From: Rhizodiscina lignyota
Lineage: Eukaryota
Assembly (NCBI GenBank): GCA_010015805.1
Contig: ML978137.1
Location: forward strand, 62,001-126,000
DNA: 64,000 bases
Direction: 5' to 3'
The notes beneath the pieces were generated by a model. That model saw only the letters and a list, made by a program, of their open reading frames with translations. It was not told the origin of the DNA and made no database searches. The translations under genes and the position numbers were made by a program. Of the stretch, positions 49,323-62,213 are shown piece by piece; the stretch's first letter is position 1, and each line of letters starts with the position of its first letter.

Positions 49323-51114
49323 ATGGACCCGGCATACAAGTCGGCAGAAGAGAAGCTTGAAGATCCTTTGCGTGACTCGTACTACGAGGACACGCCTGAA
49401 GAGGCGGCTCGTAAGGCGAAGTTGACGAGAAAGATCCTCTTCAAACTCGATTTTAGGTATGGAGAGATGAGGCTGGTCCACTATTTTGGTGATCATGCAT
49501 GTGTTGAGAGCCTCATTTGCTAATCGAAATTCAGGATAGTGCCCATACTCGCAATTCTCTTTCTTTGCTCGTTCCTTGACAGAACGAATGTGGGTAATGC
49601 AAAAATTCTTGGTTTGGAAAAAGATATTAAAATAAATGATCACCAATATGCGATTGGTCTGGCCGCTTTTTATGCCACATACATTTTTAGGTATGAATTT
49701 GCTCCCAAATTAGGTAATTTCCACTTATCACTCAGATACGCTAATAAAGCAAATAGTGAACTCCCCAGCAACTTGATTATCAAGAGGGTGTCCCCGAAGA
49801 TATGGCTTCCGTTCTTGACTGCAATTTGGGGCATAATCACAATGTGTCTCGGATTCGTCAAGGGCTTTGGTTCCTTTGTTGGCGTCAGAGCTCTGCTGGG
49901 GATTGCGGAGGGTGGTCTGCTGCCTGGAATGGTGCGTTTGGATCATCTGCAATTGAATATACACATGCTGACGGAAGATCATTTAGGTATTATATCTCTC
50001 GCATTTCTACCAGAGGAGCGAACTGGCATTGCGTATTGGTGTGTTCTACACCGCAGCGTCTCTCTCTGGCGCTTTCGGTGGTCTTCTGGCTCGAGGCCTG
50101 AACGAGATTGGCCCGAGAGGAGGCCTTGCAGGCTGGAGATGGATCCTGATCATTGAAGGTCTTTTGGTAAGTGATCTGCGCCCTAGAGATTCTCCGCCGA
50201 TGGTGGGCTGACCATTCTCTACAGACATTTGTCTGCGGTGTTATCAGTTTCTTCATATTGCCCAACGACATCGAATCCGCAGGTTTCCTGAAGCGTGAAG
50301 AGAAAGCCTTTGCTCGACAACGACTTTTGCGAGACGCGCCCATCAACGAACTGGGCGAGCGCATCTCACATCACGACGAGAAACTCGACTGGGCGGAGGT
50401 GCGCCGCGGCATCTTCAATGTCCAAGTTTGGCTCACTGCGTGTGCCTACTTCGCAATACTCTCAGGCCTTTACTCTTTCGGTCTCTTCCTGCCAACAATA
50501 ATCAACAACCTGAAATTCGCCAAGAATCCAAATGAAGCCCAACTGTGGACTGTGATTCCATACGCTGTCGCCACCGTGGTGACAGTAGTAGTTGCATTCG
50601 TATCCGACCACCTTGGGCTTCGTGGAGTCGTCATGTTGTTCACCTTGCCAATCTGCATTATTGGATATGCCGTAATATCCGTCTCTCACAACCCGCATGT
50701 GCAGTACGGGATGACTTTCATGATGGCAAGTGGAATGTACAGCAGCGTGCCATGTATCTTGGGATGGAACTCGAACAACAGCGCTGGACACTACAAGAGA
50801 GCGACAACCTCGGCTTTGCAGTTGATGATTGCAAATTCTGGAGGATTCGTGGCTTGTGAGTATACTGGGAACCTTTTAGTGGGATCGAGACTCTAATGCG
50901 ATATTGCACAGCATTCACATACCAAACGAAAGAGGCACCACAGTTTCACAAAAGTCACACTATAATCCTAGGACTTTTGTGTGCCGCGTGGGTTCTCGTG
51001 TTAGTGAACGTGCTCTGGTGCTGGAAGATCAATCGCGATAAAGCGAACGGTAAATACGCACAGTTCGAAAACAGTGGCGACGATAGGGATCCCCAGTTCA
51101 AGATGGTTTTGTAA
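49323..51114 (+). CDS. MFS transporter, anion:cation symporter (allantoate/nicotinate permease-like), multi-exon
   Basis: Motifs KLDFRI..FLDRTNVGNAK, ELPSNL, LGIAEGGLLPG, FYQRSELALR, GWRWILIIEG and NNSAGHYKRAT. Confidence 0.9.
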
Positions 51115-51164
51115 GATGAGGCAAACTACTAATGGAAGCCGCCTTGATCATGCCTTTACTTTAA

Positions 51165-52734
51165 TTACTGAGCAGCCGCAACAATGACTTGCTTCTCTTT
51201 CTTCAATGCATTCACCACCGACGTGCTAACGTTCAACACCTGCGCCACAATATCTGGAGGGGTCAATGCCAACCACTGCGTTAATGAAACATCCTCAACA
51301 ACGTTCGAATGGAAAACTTCGAGGTAAGTCAGTGTCTCCGTATCTGAGAGATTCTCAATGTAATGGCCGCTGTTGTCAGGAAATACAGCCGTATCACCGT
51401 CAGTAAAGTCGAACGTGCGTGCGTTCGCCGCTCCGAGCCAGACTGTAGCCCTTGCATTACCGTGTTGGAAGTAAAGCCACTCAACGCCCTGCAATGACTA
51501 TGAGCTTCACATGATACGGAACTGGAAGATACGACTCACATTTGGATGCCAGTGCATTTCACGAAGTGCCCTCGGTTTGATCTCAACGATCTGTGCCACG
51601 ATATTCTGAGAAATGGGGAAATTCCTGGAGTCTACACGCTTGAAAGTGCCGCCACCACCAGGAGCTTGAGTTGCTTCCATCTTCGAAGCCGAGAAATACC
51701 AGGATGCGTTGCCAGTGAGCTGCCCGAATGGTGAGCTTACGGAGCCGTTACTTGAAACACCGACGTTGATGGAGCCGAATGGATTCGGGGTATTCTTGAA
51801 GGTGTTGCTTGGGAGGCCGAAGTTTTTGGCCAGCACTTCAGGAGGTGTATGAAGTAGCCAGTCGTCAACATTAAAGGTTGTATCTTCAGCATTGAAGTTG
51901 CCGTTGTCAAAGATGAGGAGGTATTCATTCTGATCTTCGAGTCCTTGGATTACGTGCGGTTCTCCCTTGGGAAAGTACCAGATATCTCCCGCGGTGGCTC
52001 TAGCGACTTGGTTGCGCCCATTCTCATCGACCATGGCGATCTAGAACGCGACTTAGCTTCATGCCAAAAAGAGTCGGAATCAGAGATCATCGCTTACCAG
52101 GACCGTCCCATTTGTGACATATCCCCACTCATCCTTTTGTTGTTGTTCAGCTCACAGGCCACAGCTATTCCAATTGGCAACGATTGTACTTACAATATCA
52201 TGCCAATGCATCTGTCTGATTGAACCTTTGCCCAGGTGATTTTGCGCAGCAGCGAAGTCGGTGCTCGCAGGCAGATCTGTTACCAACTATTTCAAGAAGA
52301 CTCCATTAGCTAAAGGTTTATTTGAGACAGGGTACCTACCTGTTCTCGGATATATCCGCCTTTGCTCAAGAGCTGATTGGAGAGACCGAAGTTCCACTTC
52401 AAATTGACAACATTGCCAGCATCTGTTGGAGGCGGATTGAGTGCATCCGGATTTTGAAGCTCGATCGGAACATTTTGGCCCTCTAGACTCTGATCAGTAT
52501 AGTAATATACTGATCCATCTCTCAACGCCACTTACCATCTTCCATTCCTCCCAAACCATTCTCCGTTGGTTCCGGGATAGGCGCCGTTGACCGCTTGGAT
52601 ACTTCGAGGACCGGCCTTAGATGTTTGGACTGTCGCTTCTGCCATGACGCAACTGCTTGCGGCTTCTCAGCTGTGGCAGCTTGAGCGGTAATGGTCGTGG
52701 CGGCTAAAACGCCGACAAGAGAGAGGAGTTTCAT
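51165..52734 (-). CDS. oxdC: Secreted bicupin oxalate decarboxylase/oxidase family protein, multi-exon
   Basis: Signal peptide MKLLSLVGVLAA. Motifs LQNPD..PPTDAG, RQMHWHDI-DEW...GEPHVIQG (domain 1 Mn site) and REMHWHPN-GVEW...GHYIEN (domain 2). Confidence 0.9.
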
Positions 52735-54128
52735 GACAATGTTTGGATGCAAGAGAGAGAATATCTCAGAATGGTATTTTAGAGAGTCTATTGATTAGTG
52801 GAACGAAGTACAGCGAAGCGAAATTATATGCATATGCTGTGTAAATGACAGAGTAAAGCCGCTCGATACAGCGTGCTGGATCGTGCTCCGCTTGATGAAG
52901 ACTTCACCTCTTTCGCGAATCCATCTCTGCTTTATACCGCTAAATTATCTGGACCTGGGGACGGTTGTCGGTCGAGCAAAGAAATGTCACTCTCTCACTT
53001 CGCGGCTCTCGGTCGACAATGCGACATGCCAGCATGGTTCACGGCACACTGCATGTCACGAGCTCCTGAGGTGCAGTGCAAAAGTGAAGCTCAAGAAATC
53101 TTGTCTGCCAGCCACATAATCCTCTCAATCCTCTGTCCATGCCGAATAGGGTTGCTAACAGTCCAACCCGAGAGGAGTGCGAAAGCGATGACGTGAGATG
53201 TAGAGATTAAGCTCTTTAATATGTCTGGGTCCATAGATTTCCGACGTCTCCGAAGGTTTTCTACGATCGGTTTACCCGTTTGGCTCTCGGTATGTTCGGC
53301 GCACATTCAATATCATTGGAGCATCTAAAGCCTGTCATCAGTTCTGCTTGTGGCGCAACTACGTGGAAGGAATTCCCCTTGTCCAAGATCTACTCGGAAC
53401 ATTCGCTCTCGTTCAACCACTGAGGCTCCATATTAGTCGGTTTGCGGCTTCGGCCGCCCAAGATTTGCGGGCAGCAATCTGTTTCGCCGTCGGTTTAATT
53501 AGTATACGGATAAGTAAGAGTCCAGAAGGCGTTGCTTAACAAGACCTCCGAATTGCCGACAGGACTTTCAATTCTCGTACGAGAAGGGCTGCTAATACCG
53601 TCGCCAGCGCAATAGACTCCATGAGGTTATGTATCTCTTGTTCTTGATTCTTTTCCGTACGAATCCTTAGGTTGGAATATGCACGTATTACCTTCCTAGC
53701 AGGGTCGTCTTTCGTCTTGGTCTCCGGACAGCGTTCGACACTGATCATTCGGCAAACTTGTCCGCAGAAATTTGAAAAAGTCGAAACTGAATGAGAATGC
53801 GCTGACTTCTGAGTTCGACTCGAATCCATCAACCGCACAGCCCGGAAAAGTAGTGGGCTGGGAGACGCGACCCACTCTCGTTCCCGGAACAAGTTCATTG
53901 CTTCTCTGTCTTTGACCTCCGGTTTAAGGACGTATGATGAGCGAAACCTTTGACTCTCTTTATATAGCCCACTAGTCGTCAGTGTGGTCGCGAGAGTCAT
54001 ACGACACGATGTAGAAATACATTGTCACATCGGGTCTGGTCACCACAATACGAGGTTTTCTTGGCCCTTTTCGCCGGCCTCAGCCATCGAACTCAGTCAC
54101 AGTAAGCAATGCTTTGCAAGATATAACA

Positions 54129-55053
54129 ATGTCGTCATCTGTCGAGCAGTATTACACAGCAAATATAGAGTCTGAAGACAAGCGTCTCGATGCCGGTCGT
54201 CTGGAGTATGCCATAAGGCTCCGCGTCATCCGAGGCCTGATTCGTGCACGCCAAGCAAGGAACGATATTCCATTAAAAATTGCAGATATTGGATGCGGAC
54301 CAGGAGGGTATGGTATGTCAAGGTGGAGGTATTTGCTTCACAGCAGTCTAATCCGAACAGTAATAGCTACCTCACTGACTCTCTAAAACCGTCGAACTTG
54401 CAAAGACAGGACACAAGCTGTATATCAGCGAATTGACGCAAGCTTGTCTCGAACTAGCAGTCCAAAAGTTCGATATGGCCAATCTCAAACCTAAAGCGGT
54501 CATCCATCGCGATGCGGAGTCGATCTTCCAACGTCCGGAATTTTCGGAAAACGTTTTCGATATTGTACTTCTACTCGACCCGTTGTATCATATCCTGGAC
54601 TCCTCTGCTCGTCTCTTGGTTGTGCAAAATATCCTTCAAGTTCTCGCTCATGGAAGCTTCCTAGTCGTAGCGTTTGCGAGAAGAAATGCACATCCACGGG
54701 ACGTTGCCTGCTGCGAGCCGGATAGGCCGATGTGAGAATGGAACTTTTATCAACAGTATCTGAAAGACGGAAAGTATACCAGAAATGTTGCTGGCCAAAG
54801 ATTCCACACTACTGTTGACGAGATCGGAGATTTCCTTCGGCAGCTCAGCGATGCCACACGTGGTGGTTCCTTCGAAGTACGGAAGATGGTTAGCTGTGAG
54901 AGAGTTTTAGGGTTTAACAATGCACAGCATCTGGCCAAGCTTGATGACACTGCTTTTGAGAAATAGGTTGATGTCCTAATGGAGATGCAGGAAGACTATA
55001 ATCTTGGTGTTGCTGATCATTCGCTGGTGGCGCTGGAGAAAATTACAGAATAA
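54129..55053 (+). pseudogene. Class I SAM-dependent methyltransferase pseudogene
   Basis: Motif I IADIGCGPG and FDIVLLLDPLYH. The intron acceptor reads AA at 54387-54388. In-frame TGA at 54733 and TAG at 54964; the frame continues to ..GVADHSLVALEKITE-TAA at 55053. Confidence 0.75.
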
Positions 55054-55675
55054 TCTTACAACCGTTGCACCGACAGCGTTTCGATAGTTGACACGTCCTG
55101 GTTATCATTCCTTTTTGGGCTTTTTGGTGAGTTCTATGCTTTTTCTGTTTCGTGATTTTGGAACCGTGCTGGCGTTAATATGTGTGCATAGGTCCTAGGA
55201 AGGAAGATACTATATGAAATGTTGCACATCGAGATTGGAAAAGAGAATTTGGGGGTTTGTCTCTTTCATGATCGATTACTTCAACGTATTTCTATGAGGA
55301 TAAGCAGGGCTTTGCAGCTGGATCGATGTTTTATTTTCTAAATATTGAGGTATACAGACCTCGAGCCAGCTTTTCAGATCTAGGCGCAGGTAGTAGGTAT
55401 ATCTACCTTATTAGCACTAAGGTCAGGTGTAAGTTAGGGGCGACACAACACCGGAATCTCTTAGGTACTTAGTGTTAGCTGCCTAGTTTTGAATTACTGT
55501 CATAGCTTTGGCAGTCCCTTCCAGCCTCTCTCTCTCTATTTTGGTCTCTGCCTGTTCCTCCAACGACTTTTTTGCGAATAGATACCTCCTCGATCACTCA
55601 GTCCAAGTGGCAAGCTGCGAACTGTCTTCCTCACAAACATTCCAAAAAACCCTCCTAGATTGTGCGACAAACAAT

Positions 55676-56779
55676 ATGGCGCAATCATCAGCACTAGGTT
55701 TGCTGCCGTTAGAGCTACGCCGTATGATCTATGCCGCCAGCGAAGATCTCATACAGCGCAACGTACAGCTTCAGCTCTCCCTTCGCCATGTCGCCCCTCC
55801 ATTCGATAGCGTCGAAGTCATATTCCCTCGTCTCCCAAATCGAAAGCTTCTCGACATCTCCCCAGCGCTGTTTCTTGAGGCCGTGGAATACTTTCTTGGA
55901 ATGGACGAGGTCTATATCTGTGTCTGGGCTCTCGCTGGTCAACCATTCAACGGTGATGGCCTTTATATAGTCGCAGGCCGGCTCAAGAGTGTCAAGAACT
56001 GCAAGATCTCCTTCGCCGAGGACGTGGAACGCATTTCTGCTGGGTATAACGCAAGCCATGATCGACTGGTGAAGTCGCTCATCAAGTCTCTGCCCGTTCT
56101 TCAGCGATGCTGGGTTGGTATCGCGGTCCCCTGGTGGAACCTATACCGCAAGGCGCAGTACACCGGACTTACCGCTCTCAGCCATCCCAAAATCAACTTT
56201 CTTAAACGCGTCTGCCAGCGCCAGTTCAGACCCTTCAACTTTACCGCGACGGAACTACATCGTGGTAGGATAATCTCGAGAGATTTCTTATACTCTGCCC
56301 ACCATATCGTAAGGATACGTACAGCACACGGCGCTTCGCCCATCCACCAACCGATATACTCCTGTGAAGGACCGCATCAAGCTTTGACGACCGCTCAGTT
56401 CAATGAGCTCTGGCTGCTGGTAGCACAAGGGCTGGCTCGCTTGAGATATGGTTATGGAGTATCCGTTCTCTTAAAGCTGACAGAGTGGAATCATCGGTGG
56501 GATCACGCAACATTCCGCGGGGCGCCGTCACTCTTGTTCCTTCGTTCTGGCTTGGCTCCAATTCTCGTCAATGGACATCTGGGAAAGCCGATGGTGTTGA
56601 TGGAGTACTCTGCTGAACGTATGAAGCTTTCCACGGGAACGAGCACCCTTGCTCTCTATGAGACCTCGCTGGCTCCCATCAATCCACACCGAGAAGTGGA
56701 ATTGACATTCAACGGGGGAGTAGATGGACTCCTTGCTGTTCAGCGCTTCCGACAAGCTCCATACGTACAAGGCGGTTGA
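55676..56779 (+). CDS. Hypothetical protein with N-terminal F-box-like motif, intronless
   Basis: About 367-codon ORF from ATG 55676 with LGLLPLELRRMIY near the N-terminus; the remainder is unrecognised. Confidence 0.55.
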   Translation: MAQSSALGLLPLELRRMIYAASEDLIQRNVQLQLSLRHVAPPFDSVEVIFPRLPNRKLLDISPALFLEAVEYFLGMDEVYICVWALAGQPFNGDGLYIVAGRLKSVKNCKISFAEDVERISAGYNASHDRLVKSLIKSLPVLQRCWVGIAVPWWNLYRKAQYTGLTALSHPKINFLKRVCQRQFRPFNFTATELHRGRIISRDFLYSAHHIVRIRTAHGASPIHQPIYSCEGPHQALTTAQFNELWLLVAQGLARLRYGYGVSVLLKLTEWNHRWDHATFRGAPSLLFLRSGLAPILVNGHLGKPMVLMEYSAERMKLSTGTSTLALYETSLAPINPHREVELTFNGGVDGLLAVQRFRQAPYVQGG

Positions 56780-59210
56780 GAAGGTATACAGCCAGGAGCG
56801 GGGTGGGCTTAAGGGTGGCTGGAGTTGATATGGATTTTGGATTGGGGTTTGTGATACCCACAATGCATTCACATGGCCGTGGTGGTGGCCTAGTTAAATG
56901 CACGTCTAGATACATGAGTAGTTGAGCCAAAAATGCAAATTCAACTACACCTAGCATTTGAAACACTAAAGATTTTGTTTAACGTCAAGTTACGGTAGAG
57001 CAGACCCTATGATATGCGGAATGAACGCTCTGTCGAAGGCTCGGTCCAAGGCTTGAATGATCTTTGCCTCGTAGCATTCAGAATTGCTGACTCTCGCGCT
57101 TGAGATTCAAGTACGCCCTGCATGAGACACCAGTAAGCTTGTTCCCAAGCCGCGCAATAGTCAAATAGATTCCTTGATATGCAAAATGAAAGCTCCGTCA
57201 GCGGGTAAATTGAAGGCCTGGAGAGTGCGCGACTTGGCATCCAGGTAGAAGAGGATCTTGGAATTGATAACGACTGACCCGATGGAAACAGATTCGTCCC
57301 TATCACGCTTCTGTCGCAAGTGAATGTAAGCCGTCTACATGTGGTGCAAAACGGAGAAGAATGACGTGTACATTAATCTCGGCATTTCTGGATACCGGTG
57401 CGTAACGGCTAGGCAAGTATTTCCTCATAGTTGAACACAAGATCTTACCTATAGTTGCGAAGGGGAGAAGACAGTATGTAAAACTGACTGCTACATATCT
57501 CGGTAGCGGACAAAGGCGGAAGCAGGATATTCCCTCCCAGTTAAATGTAAGCCCAACACATACGGCGGAAGACACAGAAGAACTGTGCCCAAATTGGCTG
57601 CTAGATTTACGAATAGAGTGCGAAGAGAGTATACGTACTCAAGGACATCGAATCAAGGTGCTCCAAAATTGAAATGGGAGCCACCACCGAATGTGGAAAA
57701 AGGGTTAGCCGTAGCATTCAAGATACTTAACAGTAATAGTGTGTAGCCTCTGGAATTAGCAAAGCGCGTAGACCTCTCAATGGTTCGCCATTATTTAGTA
57801 CATTCTAAAGAACGTATAACTAAGCTTTCAGAGATAGTGCCGAGTACTTTGAGGTGTAAGAACTACTCGCTCATAGACGTTACAGCTTACCTGGCTGCCA
57901 GATAGTACTCACTTCCAGCTCCTCAAGTTCCTGTACCAGGGCCACTTGCAACTGTACAGGACGAGACCATAAACCTGCCGGCGGATTGAGCCCTGGCAGG
58001 CAAGCAACGGCTCAATGCAGCGAAGCCCTGAGGGGGAATATTGCTGGCCGAAGAAACAGGTTTAAAGAACATAATGAGTTGTGTACCGTCTTGTCCGGCC
58101 TAGCTGCCCCCACGAGGAAAATCAAGTGTACACCCCTGGAGCCTATCGGCAGGAATGTCCAATGGCATCATGCGGGATGTGGAGTTCGGCATTTGGAGCA
58201 TTGAAACTCATTGAGTTTGAATAGAGTATTCAAGCTATGGTTCATCCACCATTACAGGAAAGGTCTAATGCTTTCCCCGAGAAATGACTTGAGTGCGAAA
58301 TGATTGGGCAGTGGTGGTTCCGTAACTGTGAGGCGCTTATGGGAATCGATTATGGAAAGCCCAATGGCGTGATTGTTTGCAATTGCAGGTGACGGGATGC
58401 CTCTGGAGGTTTAGCAACAGAGCTTCAATAATGTATGATGAAGAAGAACGTATAAGTATTTTGCCGACGCGTCTTCGCTGGCCGTTTGTCGAAAATGGAA
58501 GTAGCTAGCTAGTTCATACTTGTCTCTTGGCGAGGTTGTGATGGATATAACATTCTACAGGCGTTCTCGAGTACGGAGTCCTCCCGCTCGTTCGAAAGTG
58601 TTTAATCAACTGTTGATCAGGTAGGACTGAACCAATCGTAACTCTCAGCATAGGTTAGTGAGTGTGCCGATCTGATCTGATTGGAGGTGTAATTCGCACA
58701 AGCCATTCTTCCTTTGGTTGACAAGATTTGATTAGACGTAAGAATTCTAAAAGAACAAGCTTAGACTGATATAAAGAGGACTTTGTGCTTGAGCGCGCCT
58801 ATACGCATAATTGTTTTGCAAAAACAAGGTCGGACAGTGGCAGGGCAGTGCAGAAAAATGTGTCGGTTGGGCGTCTGGCCTGCCGGAGAAATCCCAGTTC
58901 CGGCTTCCGGTCTTCAGAGGAAAACCTCATCCGATGTTCGCTCGAAACAATGTAAAGCCCGTTCCCAAGCTATCCGGACTGGCGTTGCGGGGTTCGGAGG
59001 CTCTGACTGCCAAAATGTAGCCGTGTCGTGTCGGAACGAGTCAGACACAGGACCGCTAACATAGACTCGAAGTCATGAGCTTCGGTACACCCCGTATTGT
59101 ACCGAGCGACGAAGCTCCGTCGTGTCCATCGGACGATGTAGTTACCAGGTAACTGGACTTTTTCCTTTCAATTACATTCGTATATGGTTCGAGGTTGAGA
59201 AAGAAGCATA

Positions 59211-60121
59211 ATGGCAAGTTTATTGAAAGGCGTTGGCTACATTACGGGTGCTGGATCTGGTACGAACGTTCTTTCCGTAACCTTCCAGCTACGAGTCGTT
59301 CTTCTTTGGTGTTGATCTTATGATTTATGAACTATTCCTCTCATTACTGGTTGTACTTACCTCCGTATACAGGAATTGGGCAATTCACTGCCCTAGCCTT
59401 CGCCCGCCATGGGGCCAGAGCCCTCACAATCACTGATATCAGTCCCTCGAACCTTTCTCGCACGGTCGAACTTCTTAAACAGCAAAGTCCTAATGTCGAA
59501 CTCCTCCCTATCGAGATGGACGTAGCAGACGAAGCCTCCGTCGACGATTCTGTCGCGCAGACGGTGAAACAGTTCGGACGGCTAGACATGGCCGTGAACA
59601 ACGCGGGGCTAGGCGGCGCACCAAAAATGACGGTCGACCAGACGAAAGAAGACTGGCAGCGCGTTGTGGACATCAACTTAACGGGCGTATGGCTGTGCCA
59701 GCGGGCACAGGTGCGGCAGATGATGGGACAGAGCTATGATGAGGCAGACCCAAGGAGCGTGAGAGGCAGTATTGTGAACGTGGCATCAATGCTCGGGCTG
59801 GTGGGCGTGTCAAAAAATACGCCTGCGGGCGCCTATGGGCCGACGAAGCACGGCGTTATGGGATTGACAAAGAGCGATGCGATTGCTTATGCGGCGGAGC
59901 GGATCAGGATCAACGCAATGTGCCCGGGATATGTGGAGACACCGCTATTACTAGAGGCGATGAAAGGTCCTGCGATGAGTGGGGAGATGGAAAAGGTGCC
60001 TATGGGAAGACTGGCAAAGATGGATGAGATTGCAGATGCAATGGTTTTTCTGAGTAGTCCCATGGCGAGCTTCATGACAGGAACTGGGTTGGTTGTTGAT
60101 GGTGGATATACCGCTGGATGA
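59211..60121 (+). CDS. Classical short-chain dehydrogenase/reductase, 2 exons (intron 59260-59372)
   Basis: TGAGS-GIG spans the intron. Motifs NNAG, IVNVAS, YGPTK, INAMCPGYVET and LVVDGG. Confidence 0.92.
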
Positions 60122-60328
60122 GGAAGTATCCCTCATTGGTATCCGAGATCTAAATAAAACGTTACGTAGCATTAGAACTGCTGAACAGGATCATAGTTTG
60201 AATAACTCTGTTCAACGCCGCGGAGATTTGAATCCCATCTCAGCCAGATTCTAAAATACAAGTAGGTGATTCGCTCGGTGACATGAAGACATCTCGGGGG
60301 GGATTCGGCCAACAATTCTAGTGCTCGC

Positions 60329-62213
60329 TCACAGCTTACTCGCTGTATCCTTTCCAGAAAAGCTAACCCCCGCATTACTGGTAACCGTACCACTCTTCGC
60401 TAACAACTTTCTCCTCTTTCCCCTACTCAACGGTTCATCATCGTCCGCCTCGCGAATATAATAGGCCCAGTCGGCCGTCGGGTCCAGCTCCGTTTGACTG
60501 TAGCCATTACCCAGCCACGCAAACCGGTTTCCCTCGTACTCGATATCGTAGTCCTCAAGCCGCAGCTCCATGAGTGCTTCCATGTAGTGCAATGTGCTAC
60601 CCGGCCATAACGCTGTGATCTTGTTTGCCGACGAGCCTGCCTTGTACCACGAGCGGCACGGGTCAGCCCAGACGGTTTGCTGCATGAAGTGATCCTTATG
60701 CGCGATAAAATCGCGCACTGCTGCCTTTTTCGGCGCGAAGCTTTTGATGTTGTGCGTCTGCCAACGGTCAATGAACTTAAGCATGTAGTCTGCCTGTGCT
60801 TCGATGGCAATAAGCACTGGGCCGTTCCCAATTGGGCAATTCGGGCCCAGGAAGAATTGGTAGTTCGGGAATTCTGCAGCTGAAATTCCGAAGTAGGATT
60901 CTGGCTCTTTGGCCCATTCGTCTTGAAGGTTCTTGCCCTCCGGATTGATGAGCGGGAAGCGGGGCTTGAATGATGTGTCGAAGCCCGTGGCACAGATGAG
61001 GACATCGACTGGGTACTCGTTGCCGTCGTCACAGACGCAACCCTTTTCAGTGACCCGCGTGATCTCGCCATAAACGACCTTGACGTTCTCCTTGCCCAGC
61101 GACTCAAGATATCCAACTCCAGGAGTCAGACGGCGACAGCCCACGCTGAAATCCGGAATGAGCTTGGACTCGAGATACTCGTTGTGCAGCTTTTCTTTCA
61201 TTTGGCTAAGGAAATACTTGTGTGTATCCTCGTTGATATTGTTCCCCTTGAGGAAGAGGCCAAATTGACCGTTGAGGCCGCGCTCGACATTCTTGCGGTA
61301 ATCGAGAAGCACGCCAGGTTTGGTAGCAAATTCCAGCTTCTCTTTGTCGCTGAAGACGTGTTGCTCAAGACCTTGAACAGGAGAAACCCATGTGGGTTCG
61401 CGAATGAATGTCGTGCATTTGGAGACGATAGGTTGAATTGTAGGGAGCACTTGGATGCCGGAGGAGCTTCGGATGTTTAGCTATTAGAAATCAAGACATT
61501 TCCAAATGGTGAACTTACCCGTTGCCGATTAGACCGACGTGTTTTCCGGTCAAGTCAACCTTGTTGTCCCAGTTGGCCGTGTGCAGCAGAACACCCTTAT
61601 AGTTCTCCAATCCCGGAATGGCAGGATATCTCCAGTTGTTCAAAATACCCGAAGCATTAATCAAAATGTCACAGTGATCCTCAACAACGCTGCCGTCACG
61701 GAGGTTTGTGGCTTTGACGTCGTATCCACCCTTTTCACTGTTCCACTGTGCACCAATGACCTGATGCCGAGTTTTGACGTATTGATGAAGGTGATGCTTT
61801 CGTGCAAATCCATCGAAGTAGTTGAAAATCTCCCCACTGCCAGCATAGACCGCGGACCAGTCAAGTTTAGGCTCAAAGGACCAGGTGTAGTTGTGTGCAG
61901 GGACGTCGCAAGCGCAACTAGACGGATAATTAGCGTACAAGCACAATTGATGCCACCATCTCGATGATCTCTAGCCAGGCACTCACCCAGGGTATTTGTT
62001 CTCCCACCATGTGCCAGAAAGCTCGGTGTTCTTCTCGTAGATCTGAAGGGTATAATTCTGAAAGTGGCGCTGCAGCTTGTATGCTAACACCAATCCAGAT
62101 GCACCAGCACCGATGCAAATGATGCGGACATGTCTCTCAGCATGGATTGGTCCCGCTAACCGCTTTGCGGCGTTATTGGCAGGACCTCTTTGAGGAACAA
62201 GGTCGTCCGCCAT
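60329..62213 (-). CDS. Baeyer-Villiger/flavin-containing monooxygenase (StcW-like) with C-terminal PTS1, 3 exons
   Basis: Motifs IGAGASG, GTWWENKYPG-CACDVP, fingerprint YKGVLLHTANWD, IGNG-SSG and ICATGF; ends ASKL. Confidence 0.92.

Noticed and set aside
53536..54000. 154-aa minus-strand ORF
   Set aside because: No motifs; it overlaps the TATA-like region upstream of the methyltransferase pseudogene.
55380..55490. Partial inverted repeats (CTAGGC/GCCTAG, CACTAAG/CTTAGTG) and a single TTAGGG
   Set aside because: Too short and interrupted to call a MITE; one hexamer is not a telomeric array.
60119..60156. Possible stop readthrough of the SDR to expose a cryptic PTS1
   Set aside because: The stop context is TGA-GGA rather than TGA-CTA, and the extension ends RSK, not a PTS1.
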